Shown here piece after piece: positions 53,564-64,000 of a stretch of DNA of 64,000 bases. This stretch comes from an uncultured Methanosarcinaceae archaeon. Its GTDB lineage: Archaea > Halobacteriota > Methanosarcinia > Methanosarcinales > Methanosarcinaceae. The stretch's first letter is position 1. Each line of letters opens with the position of its first letter. Where the stretch lies: assembly GCA_963847185.1 (NCBI GenBank), contig CAWJYV010000010.1, positions 160,001 through 224,000 of the forward strand, in the 5' to 3' direction. Position numbers and translations under genes: made by a program. The notes beneath the pieces were generated by a model that saw nothing but the letters and a program-made list of their open reading frames with translations, had not been told where the DNA came from and searched no databases.

Positions 53564-53926
53564 TAGTGTGCAAAACCAAATAAGATAATTAGCATCCAAA
53601 CAGATAATGGCAGGAAAAAACTTAGAAGTACTACTAACGGATTTTCTCATACTTATATTATGCACAATCATACCCCTATAATGAGATACATCTCGTAAAT
53701 TACAGTGACCGAGATGATATAGGGAATTGGTAAAAATACCAGTGCAGCACTTGCATACAACGCAAATCTTACAGTGCCTTCGTAAATTCCTATTCCTCCA
53801 AGTGCCCTATAAAGAATATTGGCTATTAGAGCTAGGATTAAGAGAGAAACGAATATTACAAAAAGTATTACTCCCACAAGAACAGAAATAAAGCCTGATT
53901 CGGAAAGGCTGAATTTCGAATTGTAT

Positions 53927-55519
53927 CCTTAGTTTGACATTAATATAAAAATAAGTACTCTTATTTTCGTTAATGGTTTGATGAATATACTAACAAAAAT
54001 AAGAGCATTTCCTACAATACCTAACAAGAATATATGTGTTCCTATTGGATCGATGCTTACTGTTCAATACTTTTATGAAAAACTTAATTTTTTTGACATT
54101 TTTAGCAAACACAAAAGTAGAGGTTTAGATCTTAATAGTTTAATAATCGGCTTGGTAAGCTATAAGCTCACCGAGAATTTCAGCATAAAAGAAGCTGGTA
54201 AATGGTTAAATCAGAAAGAAATTCTCGAGATTTTGAATCTCGAGAGTTTCCATGAAAAAGTGCTTTATAGAACTCTTGAGATCATAGGACGTAATAAGGA
54301 GAGAATTCTCTCGGAAATATTAGATAATCTTTTTTCTGTTTATGATTTTGAAGAGACAGACATAAACCTTGACTGGACTAGTATAACTCTTTACGGAACA
54401 AAATCTAATCTTGGAAAGCATGGATATAGCAGAGATTATAGACCTGATAAGCTGCAAATAACAGTTGGAATCAGTGAACTCAAAAAACCAATTAATATTC
54501 CTATTGGAATTACAGTAAATAGAGGAAACGTTCTTGATCTGCAACATTTTCCTGAGACTTATAGCCAGGTAAAAAATAAATTAAAAAAAGAATCTCTTAT
54601 TGTTTTTGATAAAGGCGCTAATACTGTTGACAACATTAAGCTAATACAGGAAGATGAGATGACGTATCTTACTTCCATGAAACTGAATTCAAGCGATGAT
54701 AAAATCATTGAGAATTTTGATTTAAAATTAGCGCAGTTAATAGATCCCGAAAAAAGTATTTATGGGATAAAAATCGTTAAGCCAAATAGCATCAAGTATT
54801 TCTATTTCTCAAAATCATTACAAGAGAAGCAACTGGAAGCTAAAGCAAGAACTATTCTTAAAAAGTTAAAGGAAGCAAAAGAGATACAGGAAATAATAGC
54901 AAAAAACAAAAAGCTTCCTAAAAAATTCAGAATCAATAATGAGTTAATTGAAATTGATTACTCTTTTAAGACTAAGCTCGAAGAGCTTAGTGAGGAAGAA
55001 GCAATAGAACTCTTGAAAAGTTCCATAATTAATGGAAGAGAAGGATTTTTCTGCCTTAAATCAAACAAGAATTTGACACTTGAAAAGGCTTTGGAGATAT
55101 ATCGAGAAAAGGATTCTATTGAGAAAATATTTAACTCATTGAAAAACGAAATACAGATTAAGCCGTTAAGAGTTTGGTCAGATAATAGTATTTATGGGGC
55201 TCTTCTATTGGGATTTATTGCTCAATTATTCATATCGCTGATGCGATATGAATTTGAGGAAATCAAGCACAAATCCACAAAATTCATCAAAAAAAGCTTG
55301 AAGAATTTGACACTTACAATAAAGTTCGTGAAAAATGGAGTCAGAAATTATATTTTTGCTAATTTTGACAAGATCAATAGCTTAATTGTAACAAAAATGG
55401 GCACTATTCCATAGAATTTATTATAAAATTAAATGGATTCATAGCCTCCTGTCAAAACAGTTCGAGCTAAAAATAAGATAGATTTTCAATATCAATTAGT
55501 GAATACTGTCAAATTAGGG
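53927..55519 (+). mobile_element. IS1634-family insertion sequence (1593 bp)
   Basis: TIRs CCTTAGTTTGACA / TGTCAAATTAGGG (11/13); 6-bp target duplication TTGTAT at 53921-26 and 55520-25. Confidence 0.9.
53978..55414 (+). CDS. IS1634-family transposase
   Basis: LDWTS, GYSRDYRPD, VFDKG and YREKDSIEKIFNSLK..IKPLRVW. Confidence 0.9.
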   Translation: MMNILTKIRAFPTIPNKNICVPIGSMLTVQYFYEKLNFFDIFSKHKSRGLDLNSLIIGLVSYKLTENFSIKEAGKWLNQKEILEILNLESFHEKVLYRTLEIIGRNKERILSEILDNLFSVYDFEETDINLDWTSITLYGTKSNLGKHGYSRDYRPDKLQITVGISELKKPINIPIGITVNRGNVLDLQHFPETYSQVKNKLKKESLIVFDKGANTVDNIKLIQEDEMTYLTSMKLNSSDDKIIENFDLKLAQLIDPEKSIYGIKIVKPNSIKYFYFSKSLQEKQLEAKARTILKKLKEAKEIQEIIAKNKKLPKKFRINNELIEIDYSFKTKLEELSEEEAIELLKSSIINGREGFFCLKSNKNLTLEKALEIYREKDSIEKIFNSLKNEIQIKPLRVWSDNSIYGALLLGFIAQLFISLMRYEFEEIKHKSTKFIKKSLKNLTLTIKFVKNGVRNYIFANFDKINSLIVTKMGTIP

Positions 55520-56473
55520 TTGTATACTGTTAACACACTGAAGAAGACAATTAGAGATAAAAGCCAGGATATGAATAGTTGATTGCTGCAAAAGTTAGTG
55601 GATCAGCGTATCCTCCAGCAGTTGGCATTTTCATGAAAAATTTATCTGGTTTCAGTATAACCTTTTTCCAGGTTTTGATGTAATCCATAACAATCATACT
55701 CTAAAATATGTAAAAGTTCAATATATAGCCATCACAGAAGTACACCAAGTTCCACCAGTGTACGATTGGATACAGAGTTTTGGATGTGCTGACAGAGGTT
55801 CTGTTTTTCTGTTTCATTGATGCATAGGTTTCTGGTAAAACCTGGGCATTCCACAACCTCCTGCTGGTACATAAATGGGGAGCAAGTCAATTTTTTTAAT
55901 TTTGCTCAAAGTTCGTCTTTTTGTTCTAAAGTTCACCTTGATCCTTTCAAATTAATAGAGATTCATTGTTTCAGCGGATTTCTACAGAGGCACATTTTGA
56001 TATATTTATATTAATTTACTCATACAAAACCGCGTAGAGCCGTAACATTAGTGATGTTTCCAAATACTTTGGCTGATGAGAAAAATGAATTGTTCAGAGA
56101 AAAGAACTCTGAAGTGAGTTCTATTGATATTTGCCTGAAGTTGTATGATAAGCTTCTTCTGAGGACAAACGATCTGCACGATGTAAAAATGCTTCACTTC
56201 GAGAAGCTCTCTTTCTTTAGGATCCGATAGACGCTGTACATAAACCAATGGTGTTGATACAAACTCTTACATTTTAGTAGACAAAAAAAGAAGAACGGGA
56301 CTCTTGTTATTATCTAGGGATAAGATGAAGCTGAAACTATATAGAGTTTAGACCTGCAGTGTTTGAATAAATTTCTCAGAACATATCAAAAGCTCCTCGA
56401 AACAAAAGCATTAAATCTAAAGTTGAGTATTTTGAGAGTTAAGTTCGCAAACACCACATGAGATGAAATCCTT

Positions 56474-58102
56474 ATGCCAGTAATCACCTTGCAGTACGAT
56501 GACCTCGAAAAGCTCACAGGAACGGACAAAGAGACTATCATAAAAAGGGTGCCCATGATAGGAGCCGATATCGAAAGAGTTGAAGACGAATACATCGACA
56601 TCGAGTTTTTCCCTGACAGGCCTGACCTTTACAGCGTAGAAGGGGCAGCCAGGGCAATGCGGGGTTTTCTGGACCTTGAGACAGGGCTTTCCGAATATGA
56701 AGTGAAGCCTTACAGGCTTTCGATCTCTATAAGTGAAGATATTCTGAAAATCAGGCCTTTCCTTGGGTGTGCGGTTGTAAGGGGAGTGAAATTCACGTCT
56801 TCTTCCATAAAATCCCTTATGGATCTTCAGGAAGACCTGCACTGGGGCCTGGGGAGAAACAGGAAAAAAGTTTCCATAGGAGTACACGATCTCTCAAGAG
56901 TTAAGGCTCCTTTCAGGTATATGGCAGTTGACCCGAGTTTTGAGTTCGTGCCTCTGGATTACACTGAAAAAATGAGCATGACTGAAATTCTGGAAAAACA
57001 CCCCAAAGGCACAAGGTTTGCCCACTTAGTCAAAGACTTTGAAAAATATCCGATTATTCTGGATGCAGACAATAATGTGCTGTCCTTCCCGCCCATAATT
57101 AACGGTACACTTACAAGTGTGACAGAAGATACAACTGACCTCTTTATAGATGTAACAGGCCTGGGAGAAGCAGTATACACTGCCCTGAACATAGTTGTCA
57201 CAGCTTTAGCCGAACGCGGAGGACAGATCGAATTTGTAAGGGTTGTAAGGGCAGACGGCGAAGAACTTGTCCTGCCTGACCTGGCTCCAGAAGAAAGACT
57301 TCTTACAAAAGCCGAAGTAAAATCTCTGCTCGGCATGGAGCTTTCCATAGAAGAAATCGTCAAGCAGCTTGAAAGAATGCGCTTTGGAGCAGAAGCTCTT
57401 GATGAAGAAACCGTAGAGGTAAAGGTACCTGCCTACAGGGCTGATATCCTGCACAATTACGACCTGGTAGAAGATATTGCCAAAGGTTACGGCTATGAAA
57501 ATATCAAAGTAAGAGTTCCTGAAACCTATACTGCAGGAAAATCTCATCCAATTTCTCTCCTGCGTTCTTCGGTTAACGAAATTATGGTCGGACTGGGCTA
57601 CTATGAGGTAATGCCCTTTACGCTTACAAGCGAAAAGGTCAACTTTGAAAATATGCGCAGGCAGAAAACTGAGGATGTCACTCATGTGCTTCACCCTATA
57701 AGTGAAGACCAGACAATACTCAGAACAACGCTGCTCCCGAATCTTCTCGAAATCCTGGCCTTAAACCAGCACAGAGAACTTCCCCAGAAGATCTTTGAGT
57801 TCGGAGAGGTTGTTGTCAACGAAATGACAGGACAGCACGTAGCTGCAGTCTCAATTCATCCTCAGGCAAACTTCACTGAGATCTATGAAATTGTAGATGC
57901 CCTCATGAGAGAAATGATGCTTCCCTATGAAGTAAAAGAGTCTGATGACCCGGCTTTTCTGGAAGGCAGGCGGGCAGATATCTATATCAGAGGCAAAAAA
58001 ATCGGAGTCTTTGGAGAATTCCACCCCGAAGTTATAAACAACTTTACCTTGGGATATGCAGTTGTTGGGTTTGAACTTGACTTAAACGACCTTATTTGCT
58101 AA
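56474..58102 (+). CDS. pheT: Phenylalanyl-tRNA synthetase beta subunit
   Basis: [38 protein letters not shown] and RADILH..DLVED. Confidence 0.97.
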   Translation: MPVITLQYDDLEKLTGTDKETIIKRVPMIGADIERVEDEYIDIEFFPDRPDLYSVEGAARAMRGFLDLETGLSEYEVKPYRLSISISEDILKIRPFLGCAVVRGVKFTSSSIKSLMDLQEDLHWGLGRNRKKVSIGVHDLSRVKAPFRYMAVDPSFEFVPLDYTEKMSMTEILEKHPKGTRFAHLVKDFEKYPIILDADNNVLSFPPIINGTLTSVTEDTTDLFIDVTGLGEAVYTALNIVVTALAERGGQIEFVRVVRADGEELVLPDLAPEERLLTKAEVKSLLGMELSIEEIVKQLERMRFGAEALDEETVEVKVPAYRADILHNYDLVEDIAKGYGYENIKVRVPETYTAGKSHPISLLRSSVNEIMVGLGYYEVMPFTLTSEKVNFENMRRQKTEDVTHVLHPISEDQTILRTTLLPNLLEILALNQHRELPQKIFEFGEVVVNEMTGQHVAAVSIHPQANFTEIYEIVDALMREMMLPYEVKESDDPAFLEGRRADIYIRGKKIGVFGEFHPEVINNFTLGYAVVGFELDLNDLIC

Positions 58103-58326
58103 AAAATATAGGGTAAAAGGAAGAAGAAAGAGAAATCTCTTTTATCAAAATTTCTTTCCTTTAATTACCCTCACCAGTTTCTTCCTTCAATTATTCTCTC
58201 TAGGACTTACGAGTAATGAAAAAGAAGAATGAATGAGATATATTGAAAAATCAGCACATTAAGGTATTGAAAATCTTCTTTCGAGTCTTCTATCTCATTC
58301 TATCATGCATTCAAATCTGTCAAAGG

Positions 58327-59229
58327 TTACTCAGTATTGTTATCCTGTATTTTTACAGGATGACACATTGGACAGGTACATCCTTCCCATTCTCCGTTCT
58401 GTATCGGACATGCAACATCTATTCCAATTATTTCCTGAGAAGAAGGCATGATTTTTTTGAGATCTGCAAGGGATTTTGCTCCGTTTATTTTTTCTCTTTG
58501 AGCAGTAAGTTCTGAGATTCTATCGTTAAGCTGTGTAATATTATCAGTGAGTTCATAGGTTGTACTCTCTATGTAACTTACATTATATTCAATGCTTTCA
58601 ATTTCCTTTTCGAGAGAGTTATCAGCCTGTGTTTTCATATAGGTTAATATAATTTCTTGCAGTTCTGCTGCATTAGAAGTTGTACTTACAGTAGTGGATA
58701 AGTACTCAAGGTTAACGATCCTTTCCCCAAGCTCTTTAACCCTTTCAGTTTCTCCTTCTTTTATAAGATTGATTTGCTCCGCTTTGAGCACGTCAGTTAT
58801 GTTTTCAAGAGAAATAATTATTTTTGGCTGAATCTCAGTGTAATTGTAATCAGTTACGTTTTCAACCTGATAGAGGTCAAATCCAGGTATTCCACAAGGT
58901 TCGTTGCATATTCCGCAAGGTTGCTTGTTAATTCCAGTTGATTCGTATCCATTTGCCGGCATGTGACGTGACAAAACTTCCTGGAGTTCAGATGAATTGG
59001 ACGCTTCACTTACACTATTATAAAAAGTTTGAAGTTCAGTAATCTGTTCACTTATAGAATAAAGTATATTTGCCTGAACATCAGTGAAATTCTCCTCGGT
59101 TACATTTTGTACAGGGGTAAAAGTGGTGTTATTTATTGAAGCAAAAGCTCCTGAGGGAACGATGCATAATACCATTAGCAACACCGCAAAACGGGAAATT
59201 GAGCTTAAAGATTTAGCGTTTGTTTTCAT
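58327..59229 (-). CDS. Secreted helical repeat protein with Cys clusters
   Basis: Signal peptide; repeated NVTxxNxTxxQ and SNxxELQEx units; PCGICNEPCG and C-terminal CTCPMCH. Confidence 0.8.
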   Translation of the reverse strand: MKTNAKSLSSISRFAVLLMVLCIVPSGAFASINNTTFTPVQNVTEENFTDVQANILYSISEQITELQTFYNSVSEASNSSELQEVLSRHMPANGYESTGINKQPCGICNEPCGIPGFDLYQVENVTDYNYTEIQPKIIISLENITDVLKAEQINLIKEGETERVKELGERIVNLEYLSTTVSTTSNAAELQEIILTYMKTQADNSLEKEIESIEYNVSYIESTTYELTDNITQLNDRISELTAQREKINGAKSLADLKKIMPSSQEIIGIDVACPIQNGEWEGCTCPMCHPVKIQDNNTE

Positions 59230-59623
59230 TGATACACTTCCGTTACTGATCTTTATTTTCTTCTTTTTTAGGCTGTTAATAACTGACAGTCAGGAAATAA
59301 GAAAACTAAAATATAACATACATACATAAATAAGAAAGTTGTGTTTTACTTACGAAAAAAAGCTTTATTTAATCTTTAAAAATAATCAACTAGTATTTGA
59401 AAAAGTTATAGTAAGAAATAAGAGAAAAAAACAAAAAACTTGTAAATACATTTTTTCTTCCTTACCTGATTTTTTAGATTAAATTAAAAGAGCTGGTATA
59501 ATCAAGATCTTTCAAAGACTATTGAAATAATGTTAGTTTAATGAGATAAATATTTATAGAAAGTATAACTAGTATATATTGAACTACAATTAACAGAAAT
59601 TACAAGAGGTACAAGAAAATAAT

Positions 59624-60031
59624 ATGAAAATTCGAGTAGTCAGTTCCAGAGAAGAAATATTTACATTAAATCCTAATGAACGTATCATTCACCTAGCCTT
59701 CAGGCCTTCAAATAAGGACATTTTCGGACTTGTTGAGACCTGTCCGAAGGTTGAGGTAATCCAGTTACCAAAATCTTACATGGCTACGATTTCAAAATCA
59801 ATAGAAATGTTCCTTGAGATGCAGAGAATTCAGCTGCTTGAAGGAGATGTATGGGGCCACAGAAAAGATATAAACGAATATTACATCATCCCGTCTTCAG
59901 TGATTGAAAAAATAAAAGAAATGAAAATAGAGGGCAAACCCACTGAGGAAATTGAGGCAAAGGTTTCAAGGGAGAGAAAACTTAACCCTGGGATGGTCGC
60001 TTATATCATGACAAAGGAAGCTACAGCCTGA
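59624..60031 (+). CDS. DUF1699 family protein
   Basis: MKIRVVSSREEI..HLAFRPSNKDIF..EGDVWGHRKDINEYY. Confidence 0.85.
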   Translation: MKIRVVSSREEIFTLNPNERIIHLAFRPSNKDIFGLVETCPKVEVIQLPKSYMATISKSIEMFLEMQRIQLLEGDVWGHRKDINEYYIIPSSVIEKIKEMKIEGKPTEEIEAKVSRERKLNPGMVAYIMTKEATA

Positions 60032-60513
60032 AATCAGGCAGTATAGGCAGTATAGTATGTCACTGAGCGATTTGCTGAAGATTAGACCATAGGAAGGTAT
60101 TACTTCTTTCATGATCTGATCTTCAGTTAAATTCTATTTTGTTTTCTTCTATCAAGGATGTCACGAACAAACCAGCTTTCTCGTAAATAATTCCAAGCCC
60201 ATAAGTGCTCATGCTTTTCTTTTCAAGTGCTTGTTTTTTCTTTATTCTCAGTCTGTTAAGCAAAGGACACTTAAACTTCTGGCGTATGCATGTATTTTTC
60301 CTCCAAATTGGAGTAATGTGTAAGAATTTATTTCAAAAGCTGTCTGATTAATTTTAGATTTAAACTGTGAGGTGAAGTAGAATTAAGAAAATCTCCGTAA
60401 GCTGATTCAAAAAACCAAAATTAATTCTCTAATTGTCAAATTGTGGATCATCAAAGATCTTTGGCTATAAAAATAGTTCCAAAACACCTTGAGGTAGGAA
60501 TAAAACTTTTTTT

Positions 60514-61253
60514 GGCATTGGTATCTAAATACTGATATATATTATGAGAACTTATGTCTCTTGATGAACTGCCCAAGATGTAAGAGTCTCGATCACATAA
60601 AGAATGGTAAAGTTGATGGCCGTCAACGCTACAAATGCTCTGATTGTGGATATAATTATTCAGTAGAGCTAAAATCAACTGCTAGCTCCCCTTCTGTTAA
60701 GAGACAGGCTTTACAACTCTATCTTGAAGGATTAGGATTTCGGTCAATAGGGCGTTTTTTGGGAGTAAGTCATGTTTCTATCCAAAAATGGATAAAGAAA
60801 TTTGGTCAGGAGTTAGAAGAACTAAAAAGCGAAAATGAGATCTCTATTGTTGAAATGGATGAGATGCACACTTACATCGGTAACAAAAAAAATATTGCTG
60901 GATCTGGATTGCTGTTGATAGAGTTGGGAAAAAGTTCATCAACTGCTCTTTTGGCAGCAGAGGGACAGAAACTGGACAAAATCTCTGGGAAAAGTTAAAG
61001 GAAAAAGAGATTGAAAAAGTGATGACTGATCACTGGAGGGCATATGCAGAGTTCGTTCCAGATAAAATTCATACTCAATCAAAAGCAGAAACGTATACTG
61101 TTGAAGGATATAACAGCATATTTAGACACTTTCTGGCAAGATTGAGAAGAAAGACAAAGTGTTATACTAAGAGTCTTGAAATGCTAAAGTATTCAGTTCT
61201 TCTCTTAATGAAATACAGAAATAATGAGTTAACTATATTTAGTTAACAATGCC
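60514..61253 (+). mobile_element. IS1-family insertion sequence (740 bp)
   Basis: TIRs GGCATTGGTATCTAAATA / TATTTAGTTAACAATGCC (16/18); no matching target duplication. Confidence 0.9.
60564..61246 (+). CDS. IS1 transposase InsAB via -1 frameshift
   Basis: CPRC/CSDC Zn finger + HTH and EMDEM; A8 run at 60885-92 shifts into KKYCWIWIAVDR..MTDHW..VEGYNS. Confidence 0.85.
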
Positions 61254-61260
61254 TTAAAAA

Positions 61261-61812
61261 TTACATAAACCTCTCAAATCTTTCCTTTTTCGCTTTACAG
61301 ATAGGGCAGACACCTGGAGGTTCATCCATGGCACAGAGATAGCCACAAACCTTACATCTCCATACTGGCTTTGAAAGTTCTCCTGAAAATTCCATAGTTT
61401 CCATCATCTCCGCTCTTTTCTTTTCTTCAGCGCTCTGAACTTCTCTTACTTCGTGAGGAGGACGCCTTTCAGGAATCGATTCGACTTCTCTTTCTCCTCG
61501 AAGAACTTCATCCGAAACATAAAGTGCACAGTAACAGGCTCCGTAGTCGTTCAGATCGGGATCTCTGTAGTAGCAGGGACAGACAATGTCCAGATCTTCT
61601 TCCAGGTTATTAGCAGAAAGCCTGCACGGACAGGACCAGTAGCCATAGCGTCTCTCATTAGCTAGCAGCCCACGTACGAGATCTTTTGTGAATTCAACGT
61701 CAGGATTAAGGTGATAGCCCGATTTTTCAACCTGGTCATTCAAACGCCTGTAAACCTTGTCTACTTCGTCTTCTGTTATGCCTTCTTCGACAGCTTCCTC
61801 TTCTTTTACCAC
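61261..61812 (-). CDS. Ferredoxin:disulfide reductase (FTR catalytic domain + rubredoxin)
   Basis: CPC, CPC and CYC FTR motifs; C-terminal CKVC/CPIC rubredoxin-like domain. Confidence 0.92.
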   Translation of the reverse strand: MVKEEEAVEEGITEDEVDKVYRRLNDQVEKSGYHLNPDVEFTKDLVRGLLANERRYGYWSCPCRLSANNLEEDLDIVCPCYYRDPDLNDYGACYCALYVSDEVLRGEREVESIPERRPPHEVREVQSAEEKKRAEMMETMEFSGELSKPVWRCKVCGYLCAMDEPPGVCPICKAKKERFERFM

Positions 61813-61824
61813 CCCAACTCCTCC

Positions 61825-62130
61825 TTATAAGCCAAGAGCTTCACGGATTTCCTTTTCTTTAAAACCCACAATTGCCTTTTCCCCGTTTATGACGGTTGTC
61901 GGAAAAGAAACTGAAGGGTTAAAGCGTTTTATATCCTCAACAGCCTGATCTTCTTCCTCTCCTTCAAGCTTGTCCACGAATACATAATCAAATTCAATAC
62001 CCAGCTCTGTAAGCAGTTTCTTTGTTTTCTTACACCATACGCAGGTGCTCAAACCATACATTAAGACTTTACCCCTATCCATTCCGGAAACGTGATTTCC
62101 TTTATCATTACTCTGATTAAACAGATCCAT
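61825..62130 (-). CDS. Glutaredoxin-like methanoredoxin
   Basis: CVWC active site and SFPT; adjacent to the FDR gene. Confidence 0.88.
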   Translation of the reverse strand: MDLFNQSNDKGNHVSGMDRGKVLMYGLSTCVWCKKTKKLLTELGIEFDYVFVDKLEGEEEDQAVEDIKRFNPSVSFPTTVINGEKAIVGFKEKEIREALGL

Positions 62131-62368
62131 GTCTAAACTCCCTGACCACTATTGAGTTCTGCAGTGTGCCTATGATTTTCGAAATAGTTTTATAGCTTTA
62201 TATTCAGTCTCTCGGCAGATTAAAGGAGCCACAAACTGCTCGTTCCTTAAGTGTTTATTGTTCCTTAAGTGTAATAAGAGAATGTGGAATTAAAGTATAT
62301 ATAATTTGGACATCCCTCCGTGGATGAATGAAAACCAGGAAAACAGCAAAAAATCAAATTCTTTGCGG

Positions 62369-62420
62369 CCATTCCACCCTGAATGTCGGGTTGTTCGTGA
62401 CCCTCTGCGCTCCCGGTATA
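62369..62420 (+). mobile_element. IS200/IS605-type end remnant (copy 2)
   Basis: GTCGGGTTGTTCGTGACCCTCTGCGCTCCC; similar to 9678-9714. Confidence 0.35.
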
Positions 62421-62561
62421 ATCAATTTTTGAGCATGAATAAAGGAAAGATTAGTGTTTTTCACATTTCTCAGCTAATCTCAAAAGAGTAATCAAAAATG
62501 AGGATTTAATCTCGTAGTAGAGTTTAAACCCTCGTCATTTTTTGCACTAAAGCCTGATTAA

Positions 62562-64000
62562 TCAGCGCACTAACAAAGACCCCCTGGTAGACCAGCTAGA
62601 TCCGCTAAATATTGAGTATACACTTGCCTTTAAGCGCTGAGTTCCAGAAGCTTTTGCCGAAACTTTTACTTTAAGAGGAAGTGTAGTCTCCTCTCCAGCC
62701 CTCAAACTCAAAACTTTTTCAGTCCATGAGAATGAAGGGGATGTATAGGTTCCCCTTGAAGTCTTAAGCGTATCGCCTTCTACTTTGACTTTGAAAGTTT
62801 CGTCAATATTTTGATTATTCTTAATTTTAATTCCTACAGATGCCGTAGTTCCTTTCTTTACAGATTTCGATGCTGGATTCATACTAACGTATGTCTTTCC
62901 TTTAAGCCTGAGAACATGACAGGGAAAGGAACTTTTTATCTTGTTGCCAGCTGCATCCAGAGTAACTACTGGAATAGCGTAGTTCCCGACTTTCGATGGA
63001 GCCTTTATCTGCCCTTCCCATAATTCTCTGCTTTTGTTTTTTGTAAGTGATATGCCGTTTACAGTCACATTTACAACTCCGATATTGTCAGTTGCATTAA
63101 TTGTGACATTAATAATAGAACCAGGCGTCATATTGACAGGATATGAACTAACTGAATTAATTTTCGGTAGTTCAGTATCCTTTGTGGGTGCAGTGTAACT
63201 TGTAGAGTTATTCCACGCAGGATTTCCAGCAGTATCCTTGACCAGGACATTAACTGAATGAGTTCCAGAAATTGCTGTTATTGTCCCTTCCCAAATAGCT
63301 CCACTCAGATGTTTCAGTAAAGATCCGGAAGCTTCAACTGAACTTACTGCAACGTTATCAGTAGCATTAACACTCACCTTTATTTTGTCTCCAGTATTCG
63401 GAGTGGTATCATTCAGGATAATCGAGTTTATTACAGGCTTTTGAGTGTCAGGAGTAGTTGCGGTATAACCTGTAGAGTTATTCCACGCAAGATTTCCAGC
63501 AGCGTCTCTAGCTGAAACATTTACTGAATGAGTCCCGGAAATTGCTGTTTTTGTCCCTTCCCAGATATCTCCGCTTAAATGAGTTAATGGAGAACCGGAA
63601 GCTTCAACAGAACTCACTGCAACGTTATCAGTAGCATTTACACTCACCTTTATTTTGTCTCCAGTATTCGGAGTAGTATCATTCAGGCTAACCGAGTTTA
63701 TTACAGGCTTTTGAGTGTCATTAGTGGTTGCAGCATAACTAGTAGTGGTTGCAGTATAACTTGTAGAGTTATTCCATGCAAGATTTCCTGCATTGTCTCT
63801 GGCTGAAACATTTACTGAATGTTTTCCAGAACTTGCTTTTATTGTTCCTTCCCAGATATCTCCACTCAAATGAGTTAATGGAGAACCGGAAGCTTCAACA
63901 GAACTTACTGCAACGTTATCAGTAGCATTAACACTCACCCTAATAAGGCTACCAGTGTTCGGAGTAGTATTGTTCAGGCTAACCGAGTTTATTACAGGCT
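62562..64000 (-). CDS. Cell-surface protein with tandem ~88-aa Ig-like repeats, 5'-truncated by the window edge
   Basis: Three near-identical DTQKPVINS..VSVNATDNVAVSSV..WEGT..DxAGN units plus one divergent unit and a basic beta-rich C-terminal domain; frame open to 64000. Confidence 0.88.
   Translation of the reverse strand, partial: PVINSVSLNNTTPNTGSLIRVSVNATDNVAVSSVEASGSPLTHLSGDIWEGTIKASSGKHSVNVSARDNAGNLAWNNSTSYTATTTSYAATTNDTQKPVINSVSLNDTTPNTGDKIKVSVNATDNVAVSSVEASGSPLTHLSGDIWEGTKTAISGTHSVNVSARDAAGNLAWNNSTGYTATTPDTQKPVINSIILNDTTPNTGDKIKVSVNATDNVAVSSVEASGSLLKHLSGAIWEGTITAISGTHSVNVLVKDTAGNPAWNNSTSYTAPTKDTELPKINSVSSYPVNMTPGSIINVTINATDNIGVVNVTVNGISLTKNKSRELWEGQIKAPSKVGNYAIPVVTLDAAGNKIKSSFPCHVLRLKGKTYVSMNPASKSVKKGTTASVGIKIKNNQNIDETFKVKVEGDTLKTSRGTYTSPSFSWTEKVLSLRAGEETTLPLKVKVSAKASGTQRLKASVYSIFSGSSWSTRGSLLVR

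Larger units (their letters stand above)
53575..55688 (-). pseudogene. YIP1-family membrane protein pseudogene split by IS1634
   Basis: 5' part MDYIKTWKKVILKPDKFFMKMPTAGGYADPLTFAAIN from 55688, then a frameshift; 3' part LYRALGGIGIYEGTVRF resumes beyond the IS; premature stop at 53668. Confidence 0.7.

Overview
Archaeal chromosomal window, almost certainly Methanosarcina. The evidence is an amber/pyrrolysine-containing mtbB in an mtbC-mtbB-mtbP operon, archaeal ppcA, the methanoredoxin/ferredoxin:disulfide reductase pair, and TATA/BRE promoters. Core and metabolic genes (hcp, ppcA, pap, metX-CBS, sugE, rsgA, sodC, pheT) are mixed with decaying DNA: IS701 with an ATA start, IS1634 inside a YIP1 pseudogene, IS1, IS5 and IS605 remnants, MITE/REP-like hairpins, a type I R-M locus with 5'-deleted hsdM, a deleted metY, and a TGA-interrupted mtbP. 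The ORF track misses a >1000-aa TPR protein running off the left edge and a 56-aa Cys-rich protein. Best candidates for undescribed systems: (1) a five-gene SipW/TasA-like fibre locus (46.5-51.2 kb); (2) two convergent secreted aromatic-repeat proteins (one with 13 Trp heptads) that share a signal peptide and an identically spaced promoter module and flank a membrane-anchored wHTH regulator (6.8-10.5 kb); (3) a 2.6-kb gene-free AT-rich region with a duplicated promoter module and palindromes beside three small putative DNA-binding genes; (4) a met promoter with twin palindromic operators and a Cys-rich amber-containing leader frame. No rRNA, tRNA or CRISPR array was seen. All family assignments come from motif recognition, not database searches.
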